A stretch of 64,000 nt of DNA from Planktothrix sp. GU0601_MAG3 (GTDB lineage Bacteria > Cyanobacteriota > Cyanobacteriia > Cyanobacteriales > Microcoleaceae), in NCBI GenBank assembly GCA_035193785.1, contig CP136572.1:4116578-4180577 (forward strand), written 5' to 3'. Under the pieces are notes generated by a model. The model was not told the DNA's origin and ran no database searches. It saw only the letters and a list, made by a program, of their open reading frames with translations. Shown in pieces: positions 1-10,066 of this stretch. Numbering within the stretch: position 1 is the stretch's first letter; every line of letters starts with the position of its first letter. A program made the translations under genes and the position numbers.

Positions 1-131
1 TTGTGACTACACCCGATCGAATGCAAATCCCGCCGATCGCCTATTTTTGGCAATTAGTTCATGACTGTATTCCCAATCAAATAAATGGATCAATTAGTTC
101 TGTAAATCCTCAAATACCTTTGTTGAAATAA
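1..131 (+). CDS. ntcB: 3' end of LysR-type nitrate assimilation regulator (partial)
   Basis: Frame 3 reads VTTPDRMQIPPIAYFWQLV...LLK* (TAA 129-131), resembling the NtcB C-terminus; lies directly upstream of a cnaT-like gene as in known ntcB-cnaT clusters. Confidence 0.65.
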   Translation, partial: VTTPDRMQIPPIAYFWQLVHDCIPNQINGSISSVNPQIPLLK

Positions 132-183
132 CCTCAGCGTAGATTGCTATAGTGGATCATCTTACATTTAAAATTTGATAAAC

Positions 184-1288
184 ATGAGTGATCGATTTAG
201 GGACTTACTGCGTCAAGTGGGGAGTGGCACCCACACCAGTGAAGCATTAACTCGTTTTCAAGCGGCCGAAGCCATGAAATTAATGCTATTAGAGGAAGCA
301 ACTCCGGCTCAAATTGGTGCATTTTTGATTGCCCACCGTATTCGACGCCCGACGGGGGAAGAATTGGCCGGAATGTTAGATGCCTATGAAGAAATCGGCC
401 CCCAACTTCAGTCGGTGGCTGACGCGCCCTTTATATTGGGTTGTCCATACGATGGTCGGTCTCGCACGGCTCCCATGGCCCCCTTAACGGCTTTAATTTT
501 AGTTACCGCCGGGGTGCGGGTAATTTCACACGGAGGTCAGCGAATGCCCACGAAGGAGGGAATTCCTTTAATTGAAGTTTGGCAGGGGTTGGGGTTAGAC
601 TGGTCTAAATTATCTTTAGCCCAAGTACAAAAAGTATTTGCCGAATTGGGTTTGGGGTTTGTTTATCTTCCCCAACATTTTTTAGAGGCCGAAAAGTTAG
701 TTACCTATCGTCGAGAAATTGGGAAACGTCCGCCTGTAGCGACCATGGAATTGATCTGGAAACCCTATCTAGGGCCAGCAACGGTGGTCTGTGGATATGT
801 GCATCCCCCGACAGAAACTATGTTTAGGGAAGCGTTTCGTTGGCGTGGGGTGACGGAATTTATTACAGTTAAAGGTTTAGAAGGCAGTTGTGATTTACCC
901 CGCGATCGCACTTGTATTATTGGGCTACGTCAACCTAGTCAACAGACCCAAGCCTCGAAAAACCCGACAAAAATACCAGCACAACTCGATGATATTTGTT
1001 TTGAACGATTATTATTACATCCCCGGGATTACGGATTTGAGGGTCGGGAAGTTCCTCTATCATCCACTCCGATTTTAATTGAACAAATTCAAACGGTTTT
1101 AACGGGTCAAAGTAGTGAATTTATGAAAGCTGCCCTGTGGAATGGGGGTTTTTATCTCTGGCGTTTCTGGGGTGTGTCAAGATTTAGAATCGGGATTATC
1201 AATGGCTGAATCCCTACTAACCCAGGGGAAAGTTCAGGCTAAATTACGCGATCTTCAACATTACTTTTTGCATGGGGATTTAAAATGA
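184..1288 (+). CDS. cnaT: TrpD-like (anthranilate phosphoribosyltransferase family) protein, CnaT-like; apparent frameshift at 1163
   Basis: ATPAQIGAFLIAHR, PYDGRSRT and KGLEGS motifs; removing one T from GTTTC at 1163 restores the C-terminus ...RSGVCQDLESG...HGDLK* overlapping the mobA start. Confidence 0.7.
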
Positions 1289-1872
1289 TGGACAAGGATA
1301 TATCGATTGCGGCTTTGATTCTAGCTGGGGGACAAAGTTCTCGCATGGGTGAGGATAAGGCTTTTGTTCTTTATGAAGGAAAACCCCTGCTTCAGCGAGT
1401 CTATGAAGTGGCGGCGGTCTGTAGCCAAAAAGTCTATATTGCTACCCCTTGGCCCAAACGGTATGAATCTCTATTAACCGAGGATTACGAAGTTATATTA
1501 GAGAAAGAACCGAACCAAGGGCCATTAGTGGTGTTATCCGAAGGATTATCACAAATTCCCTTTGATTGGATTTGGTTATTAGCCTGTGATTTACCTCGAT
1601 TAGAACCCGCTATTATTCAACAGTGGCAAACCCGTTTAGCCCTTCTCCCCGATACGATTTTGGCCGTTGTTCCCCAAACCCAGTCCCGTTGGGAACCCCT
1701 ATGTGGGTTTTATCGCCGTTCTGCCTATGAACATTTACAAGGGTTTATGGCCCCCGGGGGCCGATCTTTTCAACGCTGGTTAAGTCAAATTCCCATAGAA
1801 CCGATTGAGCTATCGGAAGCCCATTCACAAATGTTATTAAATTGCAATAGACCCGACGACTTAAAACCTTAA
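1285..1872 (+). CDS. mobA: Molybdenum cofactor guanylyltransferase
   Basis: LILAGGQSSRMGEDKA, LACDLP, EPLCGFY and NCNRPDD motifs. Confidence 0.9.
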   Translation: MMDKDISIAALILAGGQSSRMGEDKAFVLYEGKPLLQRVYEVAAVCSQKVYIATPWPKRYESLLTEDYEVILEKEPNQGPLVVLSEGLSQIPFDWIWLLACDLPRLEPAIIQQWQTRLALLPDTILAVVPQTQSRWEPLCGFYRRSAYEHLQGFMAPGGRSFQRWLSQIPIEPIELSEAHSQMLLNCNRPDDLKP

Positions 1873-2001
1873 AAAATAATTAAATTATTAGTTAAATATT
1901 GTTATAAGAATTAAATCTTTTTCCAATGTTTGAGGTGGGGTTTTCCCTACTTGTGAATTTTTGCAAAATTCGATCTAAAATCCCAAAAATCTGGGTAAGT
2001 T

Positions 2002-2043
2002 GTAAATAAATTTACTTTCTTAACCCAATTTACCTGCTATAAC
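2002..2043 (+). promoter_or_regulatory. Putative NtcA-activated promoter
   Basis: GTA-AATAAATT-TAC (GTA-N8-TAC) at 2002-2015, followed after 22 nt by TATAAC (2038-2043; last base deviates from TAN3T); located in a nitrate-assimilation neighbourhood. Confidence 0.5.
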
Positions 2044-2076
2044 CAACAAATACTCAAATACGGACAGGAGGAACCT

Positions 2077-2418
2077 ATGCCATACGCCTTTGACTTAGTG
2101 GGCGTTTCTCCCATTCTTGCCTTTTTTTATGAACAACAGGAATTAAACCAACAACCCGCCCCGGGGGTTGAATACTTGGGAAATCATAAGTGTACCCTTG
2201 ATACCTTTATCGAATCTGTGCAAACGGTTTCTCCTCAACGGGGTTGGAATGTCGATCAAGTGGTCGATACGGTAATTCACTTCTGGATGAATAACGCCGA
2301 CAGCATCCAATATTGGAAAACACGCCTAGAGGATGCTGGACAGCAAAATCTCTTAGTAGCCAGAGTTGCCGATATCAAATTCCTCCGCAATACCTTTGAA
2401 TCCCTACTGGAAAACTAA
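2077..2418 (+). CDS. Conserved cyanobacterial hypothetical protein (113 aa)
   Basis: Clean ORF with AGGAGG RBS and a downstream hairpin. Confidence 0.75.
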   Translation: MPYAFDLVGVSPILAFFYEQQELNQQPAPGVEYLGNHKCTLDTFIESVQTVSPQRGWNVDQVVDTVIHFWMNNADSIQYWKTRLEDAGQQNLLVARVADIKFLRNTFESLLEN

Positions 2419-2420
2419 TC

Positions 2421-2477
2421 AAAAAAAGAGTGATGCTGCTGGTCGTATCTGCTGGTGCATCGCTCTTGAGTTTTTTT
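2421..2477 (+). terminator. Probable intrinsic terminator
   Basis: AAGAGTGATGC...GCATCGCTCTT stem flanked by A and T runs. Confidence 0.45.
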
Positions 2478-2506
2478 GGGTTAGATGTTGCACAGTCTTT
2501 TTCTGC

Positions 2507-2583
2507 TATAGCACTACGCATTACCGTTAGGACACTCCTAAATCCTGAAACCTGTTCCCTGTTCCCTAGCGCGTAGCGTTATA
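2507..2583. mobile_element. MITE-like family A, copy 1
   Basis: TATAGCACTACGCA...CGCGTAGCGTTATA terminal inverted repeats with internal CTGTTCC heptamers; related copies at 9801 and 41506. Confidence 0.65.
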
Positions 2584-2969
2584 TACAAAACTGCCATATT
2601 CAAAAACAGTACATATACCCCCCCTGATGGGTGACTCCCCGCTCCCCAAATCCTCAAAATGGAGCGAAGATAAAACACAAGAGCATCGACAACATAGGTG
2701 TAAACCTTAGTGAAGTTTGTACAGGCCCATTGACTAAGCCTTTAAGAGTCTGTCTTGAGACTTTTAATAATCTCGGTGAAGGGGCGCGTAGCCTATTCAC
2801 TCAAAGTGTCAAATCCAGGAGCGGTTAGTTCTTATTTGCATCTACCGGAAACCGCTTTCCATCTACCTCGTACAATTCTCCAGGGTGTGATCGGGTTGGT
2901 CACCACCTTGTTATATTCCTGTTCTGTTCAGTCAAGGCATCGATTTTGATAGCCATCAGGGGTCATCTC

Positions 2970-3161
2970 ATGAAAAATATTATTGTTTTATTAGGACTTG
3001 TTGCGTCTACAAGTTTTACAGTGTTTTCCGTGCCTTCTGCCCATGCAGTCCCGTCCAAATCCCAGGTGAATCAAACCACCCTTGATCATTGGACAACACT
3101 GAGTTACACCGGGAAAAATGAGGATGGAGACACGGAGCAGATCGATACTAAAAAATCTTAA
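2970..3161 (+). CDS. Small secreted hypothetical protein (63 aa) or gene fragment
   Basis: MKNIIVLLGLVASTSFTVFSVPSAHA signal peptide with A-x-A cleavage site. Confidence 0.5.
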   Translation: MKNIIVLLGLVASTSFTVFSVPSAHAVPSKSQVNQTTLDHWTTLSYTGKNEDGDTEQIDTKKS

Positions 3162-3179
3162 TTCCTATTGAAGCTGTTT

Positions 3180-4220
3180 CTAACGCCAATGGACTCCCAC
3201 CCCAATCCGATCGCCCCCTTGCTGTTTGGCCTCCTGTAGAGCTTCTTCAGCAACGGCGATCAACGGGTAGGGGGGCAACTCCGGTGTGGGAACTGCCGTG
3301 GCCACCCCTAAACTTAGAGTTAGGTGGGGACTAATCTCCGATTTGGGGTTAGGGATTTCCAATTGTTGAATTTTAGCTCGGATCAGCTTGGCTACTTCGA
3401 TCGCCCCAGCCCTAGCCGTATGGGGAAGCAAAATTGCAAATTTTTCCCCACTATAACGCCCCACTAAATCCGCCGGACGTTTAACACAGGTGGCCATGGT
3501 TTGGGCGATGGTTTGTAAACAGATATCTCCTTGATCAAATCCATAAAAGTCGTTATAATCCCTAAACCGATCAATATCTCCAATAATTAAGGATAAATGT
3601 ATTCTTTCCCGGGCTAAACGTTGCCATTCTCTTAATAAATATTCATCGAAGTAGGGACGATGGACTAATTGAGTTAGGGGGTCAAGGCGACTCAAACGCT
3701 CGAGTTGATTCGTTGTCTTTTGTAGGTGTTGACTGATTTGCTCCAGTTGACCTTCGGCGGTATGACGGGCGGATATTTCCTGTTCCAGTTGAAGTAAAGA
3801 TTTGCTTAAAATTTTCTGACTTTGATAATAATGCTGGCTATTCTGAATTCTTAGAATAATTTCTGAAGGATAAAACGGTTTTCTGATGTAGTCGCAATAG
3901 CCATCGTAGTCTAAGGGTATGGAATAGCTATGATCGGAATATGAAATCAATAAAAAAATAGCAACACTTTGTTGATTATTTTCAAAATTTTGAGAAAAAT
4001 AGTTAAGATTTAATCTTTGATCTTCAAGTTCTGAAAAATTCCAAAAAATAATATCAGGAATCTTGGTTTGTAAATATTCTAAAGCTATACTTGCATTGAA
4101 AGCCCTTCTGATTTGATACCCTTGCTCACCCAAAATTTGCGATAGAATTTGTACATCTTGATCATCAGAATCAATAATCAAACAATCCAATGGGGGAGAA
4201 ATTTGGGAAGGCAAAATCAT
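3180..4220 (-). CDS. Degenerate receiver + GGDEF domain protein
   Basis: N-terminal REC-like fold lacking the usual phospho-Asp context; GGDEF domain with SGEKF active site and RPAD I-site. Confidence 0.85.
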   Translation of the reverse strand: MILPSQISPPLDCLIIDSDDQDVQILSQILGEQGYQIRRAFNASIALEYLQTKIPDIIFWNFSELEDQRLNLNYFSQNFENNQQSVAIFLLISYSDHSYSIPLDYDGYCDYIRKPFYPSEIILRIQNSQHYYQSQKILSKSLLQLEQEISARHTAEGQLEQISQHLQKTTNQLERLSRLDPLTQLVHRPYFDEYLLREWQRLARERIHLSLIIGDIDRFRDYNDFYGFDQGDICLQTIAQTMATCVKRPADLVGRYSGEKFAILLPHTARAGAIEVAKLIRAKIQQLEIPNPKSEISPHLTLSLGVATAVPTPELPPYPLIAVAEEALQEAKQQGGDRIGVGVHWR

Positions 4221-4308
4221 ATAATTTAATTAGATAAAATAGGGTTGACAAACAGAACTGGTAACTGATAACTGATAAAATATTACAACCTATTAAGGAA
4301 GTTAGACC

Positions 4309-5599
4309 ATGACTGTCAAAATTCTATCTGTGAGTAATGGTCATGGGGAGGATGCGATCGCCGTTAGGATTTTACGAGAACTCCAAAAACAGCCCCATCC
4401 CCCAGAAATTGCCGCTTTACCCTTAGTGGGACTAGGACAATCTTACACTCAACTAGACAACGTTTCCGATCATGGGATCAGTAAAATCCCTACCCTCTGG
4501 GGGTTTTATTTATATGGATAAACACCAACTCTGGCGGGATCTACAAGCGGGGTTATTTCCCTTAATTATTCAGCAATATCAAACTATTCGCCAGTGGGTA
4601 AAACAAGGAGGAATAATTCTCGCCGTCGGCGATATTGTGCCTTTATTTTTAGCTTGGTTAAGTGGGGGAAATTATGCTTTTATTGGAACAGCAAAATCCG
4701 ACTATTATCTAGGGGATGAACAGGGAAAATTACCCTTAACCGGAATGTGGAAATGGTATAAATATTCTGATTCGATTTATTTTCCTTGGGAACGTTGGTT
4801 AATGAATCATTCTCGGTGTTTAGGGGTATTTCCTAGGGATAGTATAACAACTAAAACCTTACAAAAATATGGAATACCGGCGATTGATTTGGGAAATCCC
4901 ATGATGGATAATTTAGAACCTAATATTAATAATTATACTATTGATCAACTCCAGGTTGAAACACAGCGATCGCTATTTATAACATTATTACCCGGTTCCC
5001 GTTCTCCCGAAGTTAATCGGAATTGGGATATAATTTTACAAGGAGTAGATGCAATTATTCAAAGCTCGAACCAAGCAACAGAAAATCCCCTCCCTAGCCA
5101 TCAACATTTAGTGTTTTTAGCTGCGATCGCCTCCAGTTTAGACCTGCAACCCTTTTGTCAATCTCTCACGGCTTTAGGATGGCAAGAAACCCCGGATTTA
5201 AGATTACCTAATCTTAACTTTCCTTGGGGGCACGGAGAGTTAATTTTTGTTCAAGAAAAAGCCACATTAATCTTGACAAATCAAGCATTTAATGATTGTT
5301 TAGCTTTAGGAAATATTGCGATCGCCATGGCGGGAACTGCAACGGAACAATTTGTTGGTTTAGGCAAACCTGCGATCGCAATTCCGGGCGAGGGGCCACA
5401 ATTTACCCCCACCTTTGCTAATAATCAACAGCGTCTATTAGGGCAGTCATTAATTATAGTAGAAAATCCCAGAGAAATTCCTGAAATATTGCGATCGCTG
5501 CTGCTTAATTCCGAGCAATTAAAGTTAATCGCAGAAAACGGAAAACGTCGCCTAGGACAACCCGGCACAAGTCGTCGCATTGCCCAATACCTATCGTAG
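4309..5599 (+). CDS. Lipid-A-disaccharide synthase-related protein; apparent frameshift at 4462
   Basis: SNGHGED, LPSGGF, LLPGSR and AGTATEQFVGLGKP motifs; the two ORFs join by removing one T from GTTTC. Confidence 0.8.
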
Positions 5600-5686
5600 T
5601 AAGCCCTTCAGGGCTTAATCCATATTTGCTGATAAATTTATTACTCATAATTAGGATTGATGAGTCAGCCCTGAAGGGCTTACTAC
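5589..5686. repeat. REPIN-like element (inverted pair of GTAG-type REPs), copy 1
   Basis: GTAGTAAGCCCTTCAGGGCT...AGCCCTGAAGGGCTTACTAC; 98-bp direct repeat of 6879-6976 with about 6 mismatches. Confidence 0.85.
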
Positions 5687-5699
5687 AAATAGGTAATAA

Positions 5700-5877
5700 T
5701 CCCCAATATATCGAATAAATCTGGCTGAAACAAACAGGTAAAAGCCTCACGATTGACGAACTCACCCAACAGAAAGAAACGGATTTGGTTATTGTTGGAT
5801 GGGTTGGATGAAATGACATCGAGGGTAGAAACGCGCCATGTTTGGGCACTGTTGGGGGGATGGGTGCAGGCGGCATC
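5700..5877 (+). pseudogene. Fragment of a NACHT NTPase gene (Walker B region)
   Basis: From 5780 reads RIWLLLDGLDEMTSRVETRHVWALLGGWVQAA; upstream part contains an in-frame stop and a frame break. Confidence 0.6.
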
Positions 5878-5967
5878 AAAAGTATAATTAATTAGCCACA
5901 ACGCACTATTTTAGAAGATTAATTTATAAAGTCAAGCCATCCCAACTACCGCTAAATCAACTTACAA

Positions 5968-6378
5968 TTAACTAAATCTATCAATAAATATATCGGGAGT
6001 AACAATTTCTACTGCTTGAAAAGGATTTAATACCAATAAATCCAAATCACCCGTAACAATTATATTGGCATTACCACTAACAGCCAACTCTAAAAACTTA
6101 TTATCTTTTTCATCTCGACAAACGGCAATTGTTTCTGTAATAGAGACTAACTCGGAGGCACTGATAAATTTAAGCAGAAATACTTGTCTGTCTTCTAAAG
6201 AAAGATACTTGTTAAACTTTTTACGATTCAAAACTTGCTCTAATTCATTTAAAGTTGCTTCAGAATATAAAATTATTCCTTGCTTTTCTGCCAATTCAAT
6301 CGCCCGAAATGGGATTGAATTTTTAAACAGTAAAGCACTGATTAAAACATTCGTATCTACGACAAATCTATTCGTCAT
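5968..6378 (-). CDS. PIN-domain toxin (VapC-like)
   Basis: VVDTNVLISA, CRDEKDNKFLELA and IVTGDLDLL motifs. Confidence 0.9.
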   Translation of the reverse strand: MTNRFVVDTNVLISALLFKNSIPFRAIELAEKQGIILYSEATLNELEQVLNRKKFNKYLSLEDRQVFLLKFISASELVSITETIAVCRDEKDNKFLELAVSGNANIIVTGDLDLLVLNPFQAVEIVTPDIFIDRFS

Positions 6379-6595
6379 TATCATCCGCCAAAATTTCTTG
6401 TAAAATTTCTGGCGTTAAGCCTCGCTGTTGTGCTTTATCAGAAATTTCTGCCATAACTTCTGTTAAACTTTTATTGTGTAAATTTCCTCTCAAAAACAAT
6501 TGCACAATGTGGCTTAACTGTTTCTGAGTTTCAGAATTAGCCCCTTCAAACGCCGTCTTAATATCTTCATCAACTTGAATCGTAATGCTTGCCAT
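6368..6595 (-). CDS. Cognate antitoxin of the PIN toxin
   Basis: 75-aa ORF overlapping the toxin start; ...AQQRGLTPEILQEIL C-terminus typical of cyanobacterial antitoxins. Confidence 0.75.
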   Translation of the reverse strand: MASITIQVDEDIKTAFEGANSETQKQLSHIVQLFLRGNLHNKSLTEVMAEISDKAQQRGLTPEILQEILADDNDE

Positions 6596-6630
6596 AGTCC
6601 TTATTAATCCTTTGAATATATGCTCTCATT

Positions 6631-6800
6631 AATTATGGCATAGCGCCACCCCAACTCCTCTGCATCGACGGCAGCAAATTCGATAACCCCGATAACCCTG
6701 CCACCGATATCTACCTGCAACTCATCAAAAAACACCACTGATCCCAATCCACAGAGGGCATCGCCCATCACCCTCAAATGGCTAACGGACAAATCCCTAG
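6631..6800 (+). pseudogene. Fragment resembling a NACHT-associated C-terminal domain
   Basis: Reads QLLCIDGSKFDNPDNPATDIYLQLIKKHH*; resembles (from memory) the C-terminal domain of cyanobacterial NACHT proteins; no start codon context, internal stop. Confidence 0.4.
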
Positions 6801-6878
6801 AAGCACCGTTAAAAGGCTTTCCCCCGTCAACCTATTAGTCAAACTTAATCCTAATCTAATCGGTGCTAAAATCTAAAC

Positions 6879-6976
6879 ACCTATCGTAGTAAGCCCTTTA
6901 GGGCTTAATCCATATTTACTGGTAAATTTATTACTAATAATTGGGATTTATGAGTCAGCCCTGAAGGGCTTACTAC
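6879..6976. repeat. REPIN-like element, copy 2
   Basis: Near-identical direct repeat of 5589-5686. Confidence 0.85.
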
Positions 6977-6978
6977 GG

Positions 6979-7977
6979 TTAGGCGTGTCGTTTTTGATGC
7001 CAATTCCAAGCATGGGTCATAATATTTTGAAGATCGGGATATTCGGGATTCCAACCTAATATGGTTCGGGCTTTTTCCCCACTCCCAACTAAACTAGGTG
7101 GATCTCCGGGGCGGCGATCGCATTCTATCACTTTAATCTCTTTTCCCGTAACTTCTCTGGCGGTTTCTATCACCTCTTTAACGGAAAATCCTTTGCCATT
7201 TCCTAAATTAAATACATCTGTTTTTCCGCCATTTAATAAATATTCTAACCCTAAAATATGGGCGGTTGCTAAATCCGTAACGTGAATATAATCTCTAATA
7301 CAAGTGCCGTCGGGTGTGGGATAATCCGTTCCAAAAATAGAAATAGAATCTCGTTTTCCTAAGGCTGCTAATAACGTTAAGGGAATTAAATGGGTTTCGG
7401 GATTATGATCTTCTCCTAATAACCCTTCTGGGTCGGCTCCGGCGGCGTTAAAATAACGGAAACGTACCGATTTAAAATCATAAGCGACATCAAAATCTGA
7501 TAAAATCCGTTCTACCATTAATTTAGTCGCCCCATAGGGATTAATCGGACTTTGGGGATGATCTTCAGGAATGGGAACAATATCAGGAACCCCATAGGTG
7601 GCACAGGTTGAGGAGAATACAAACTTATTAATTCCCGCCTCTTTCATCGCTTCCAATAACGTTAAAGTTCCCACCACATTATTGCGATAATATTTATCGG
7701 GATGGGTGACAGATTCCCCCACATAAGCATAGGCAGAAAAGTGCATCACCGCATCAATTTTGCGACTGGAAAATAACTGATCGAGTAACGGACGATCATT
7801 AGTATCCCCAATAATTAATTCGGTTTTTAAGACCGTTTCCACTAAGTCTTGATGTCCATAAACTAAATTATCGAGAATAATCACATTATACCCAGAACGT
7901 TGTAGCGCCAGGACAGCATGGGAACCAATATAACCCGCTCCTCCGGTGACTAAAATAGTGGTTTTATCTTCCGACAT
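6979..7977 (-). CDS. galE: UDP-glucose 4-epimerase
   Basis: TGGAGYIGSH, YGATK and RYFNAAGA motifs. Confidence 0.95.
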   Translation of the reverse strand: MSEDKTTILVTGGAGYIGSHAVLALQRSGYNVIILDNLVYGHQDLVETVLKTELIIGDTNDRPLLDQLFSSRKIDAVMHFSAYAYVGESVTHPDKYYRNNVVGTLTLLEAMKEAGINKFVFSSTCATYGVPDIVPIPEDHPQSPINPYGATKLMVERILSDFDVAYDFKSVRFRYFNAAGADPEGLLGEDHNPETHLIPLTLLAALGKRDSISIFGTDYPTPDGTCIRDYIHVTDLATAHILGLEYLLNGGKTDVFNLGNGKGFSVKEVIETAREVTGKEIKVIECDRRPGDPPSLVGSGEKARTILGWNPEYPDLQNIMTHAWNWHQKRHA

Positions 7978-8014
7978 GAATATATGCTCCTTTGTTTAAT
8001 TAAATGAATTTAAG

Positions 8015-8395
8015 TTAATCTTCTAACTGTTTAACTGAAACATCAACCGCTTGCACATCAATAGTTCCTGGGGGAGTTAACCGACTAAAACGCCCCTGTT
8101 CTATTGTTAACGGTTCTCCACAGTTAGGACATTGAAATTGAGTGGTATTAAATGCGGGAAATTCATGGCTACAAACCGGACATTGATCCTGAATTAGATT
8201 GCGTTTTAACCACCACTGGACACCCAAAATCACCAAAATTGGGGTAATCGCAATTACCGCAATTAAAATCAGAACGCCCTTGACTAACCAACCCAAACCA
8301 ATAGAGATTAAAATGCCAATTACAGCTAAGGTAACCAGCCAGTTAGTTAAACCAGAAAGTCTGATTTGTAGAGTTTTGAACCGCTCTTGGTTCAC
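8015..8395 (-). CDS. Membrane protein with zinc ribbon (hypothetical)
   Basis: Two hydrophobic helices, CPVC...CPNC, and PGTIDV tail. Confidence 0.75.
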   Translation of the reverse strand: MNQERFKTLQIRLSGLTNWLVTLAVIGILISIGLGWLVKGVLILIAVIAITPILVILGVQWWLKRNLIQDQCPVCSHEFPAFNTTQFQCPNCGEPLTIEQGRFSRLTPPGTIDVQAVDVSVKQLED

Positions 8396-8541
8396 AGCTA
8401 TCTCCTTAATTATTCAAGCCAGATTTAATCTGATGTAATCCTTAAAAATTTGAACTTTGATATTTTAATTTCTATGATATTATAGCAACCAGCAGGTTAA
8501 TATTCACAACTTATTTGTATCTTCGTGTCTTTGTGGTTTGG

Positions 8542-9730
8542 TCAAGCTTGCCCCTGGTTTTGAACCAGTAACTCTTGGACTCGGCTCTCAAAGGCAGGTT
8601 TTCCAAAACTGGCTAAACATTGCTGCCGTAACCAATGGCCATCACAGCGTTGATCTTCACCCTGGAGCAGTTGAATACAAGCCTCTGCCACCGCCCCGAC
8701 ATCGCGGTGAGGCACTTGCCAACCCAATTTTCCATCCTGTAGGGGATCGGCTGAAACCATCGCTATCCCCGGCAATTACGGGTTTCTCGCAGGCCATCGC
8801 CTCTAAATAAACAATCCCAAATCCTTCTTGAGAGGGCATGACATAACCATCACAAACCCGATAATGATCGACTAATTCTTCGGTGGGAACAAATCCGGCA
8901 AAGATCACCCGATCGCTGACTCCCAAATCCTGCGCTAACTGTTGTAATCTGGGTTGGTCATCCCCCCGACCAATTACTAAATATTTAACATCGGGGAAGA
9001 CTTGAGCAATTTGGGATAGGGCGCGAATGGTAACATCAACGCCTTTATAGGGGTCGCCTTTCCACAGACGAGCAACGGTCATTAATACCCGAGCATCCTG
9101 TAGATTATAGCGTTGAATTAACGGTTGGGGTTTGGGGCCGGGAGTAAATTTTTCCCCATCTACCATACAGGGTAACATTTGAAACTGTTGAGGATTTAAC
9201 TGATTAGCAGCACAGGCTTGATCGCGGCTATATCGGCTAATTGTCCAAATTTGATCGGCGTTTTGTAGGGCTTTTTGATATTTTTTGGGTAGGGGTTCCC
9301 AGACTTCTTTACCATAGGTTAATACGGTGTAAGGAATGCCCAAGGGTTGACAAATTGTTTGCGCCAAGCGGGCTAAATTAATATGACCACACAATACCCG
9401 TCGGGGTCGATATTGGATTAAATTAGTTAGTAGGGCGATCGCTAATTTTATCCTTCCCCAGAGGGGATTTTGAGATTTAAAATACTCAAATTTAAAGGAA
9501 CTGGATGGGGTTTCAAAAGGGTTAGGACATCCCGGATAATCGCGTAAAATTAAAACCCGATTTTGGGAATTAATATTAATCGTTGATTCGGGAGAAATGG
9601 GTTTAATATTTTGGCAAGCATCTAAAATATCTTTAACATAGGATTGAATTCCTCCTTCACAAGAAAAAACAGCTAAAAAGCACCAAAGTAAAGGATTTTT
9701 ATCTAAGTTTGGGTATTTTTCTAAAAACAT
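8542..9730 (-). CDS. GT4-family glycosyltransferase; apparent frameshift at 8753
   Basis: GGIQSY, YKGVD and EGFGIVYLEAMAC motifs; removing one base restores DGSADPL. Confidence 0.85.
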
Positions 9731-9800
9731 AGCTGGGTTTCAATAACAATATTATTCTAGGCAAAAAAGCTAAACTTGTAAGTTACCGTCTTTTGTCTTC

Positions 9801-9955
9801 TATAGCGCTACGCATTAAAGTTAGGACACTTCTAAATCCAGCAAACTCATTCACTGCCTACTGTTCCCTGTTCCCTGTTCCCTGTTCCCTGTTCCCTGTT
9901 CCCTGTTCCCTGTTCCCTGTTCCCTGTTCCCTGTTCCCTAGTGCGTAGCGCTATA
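9801..9955. mobile_element. MITE-like family A, copy 2, with 11 x CTGTTCC
   Basis: Perfect 14-bp TIR TATAGCGCTACGCA/TGCGTAGCGCTATA; heptamer tract at 9861-9937. Confidence 0.75.
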
Positions 9956-10066
9956 TTCCTACAAAAAACGATACCTGTGATGCTCCTAAGATTTAGCCTA
10001 ACACTCTATCCTAGTAAACTCACAGGTATCAGCAAAGATTTTGAAATAATCCGGTACTGGGTCGGT

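Noticed and set aside
2631..2949. Short ORFs 2631-2828 and 2755-2949
   Set aside because: Weak starts, overlapping frames and no recognisable motifs
5824..5840. GTAGAAACGCGCCATG as another REP
   Set aside because: No second palindrome arm; better explained as coding sequence of the NACHT fragment
5505..5901. ORFs 5505-5879 and 5683-5901 (minus strand) as genes
   Set aside because: They run through REPIN sequence and antisense to a NACHT remnant; no recognisable protein features
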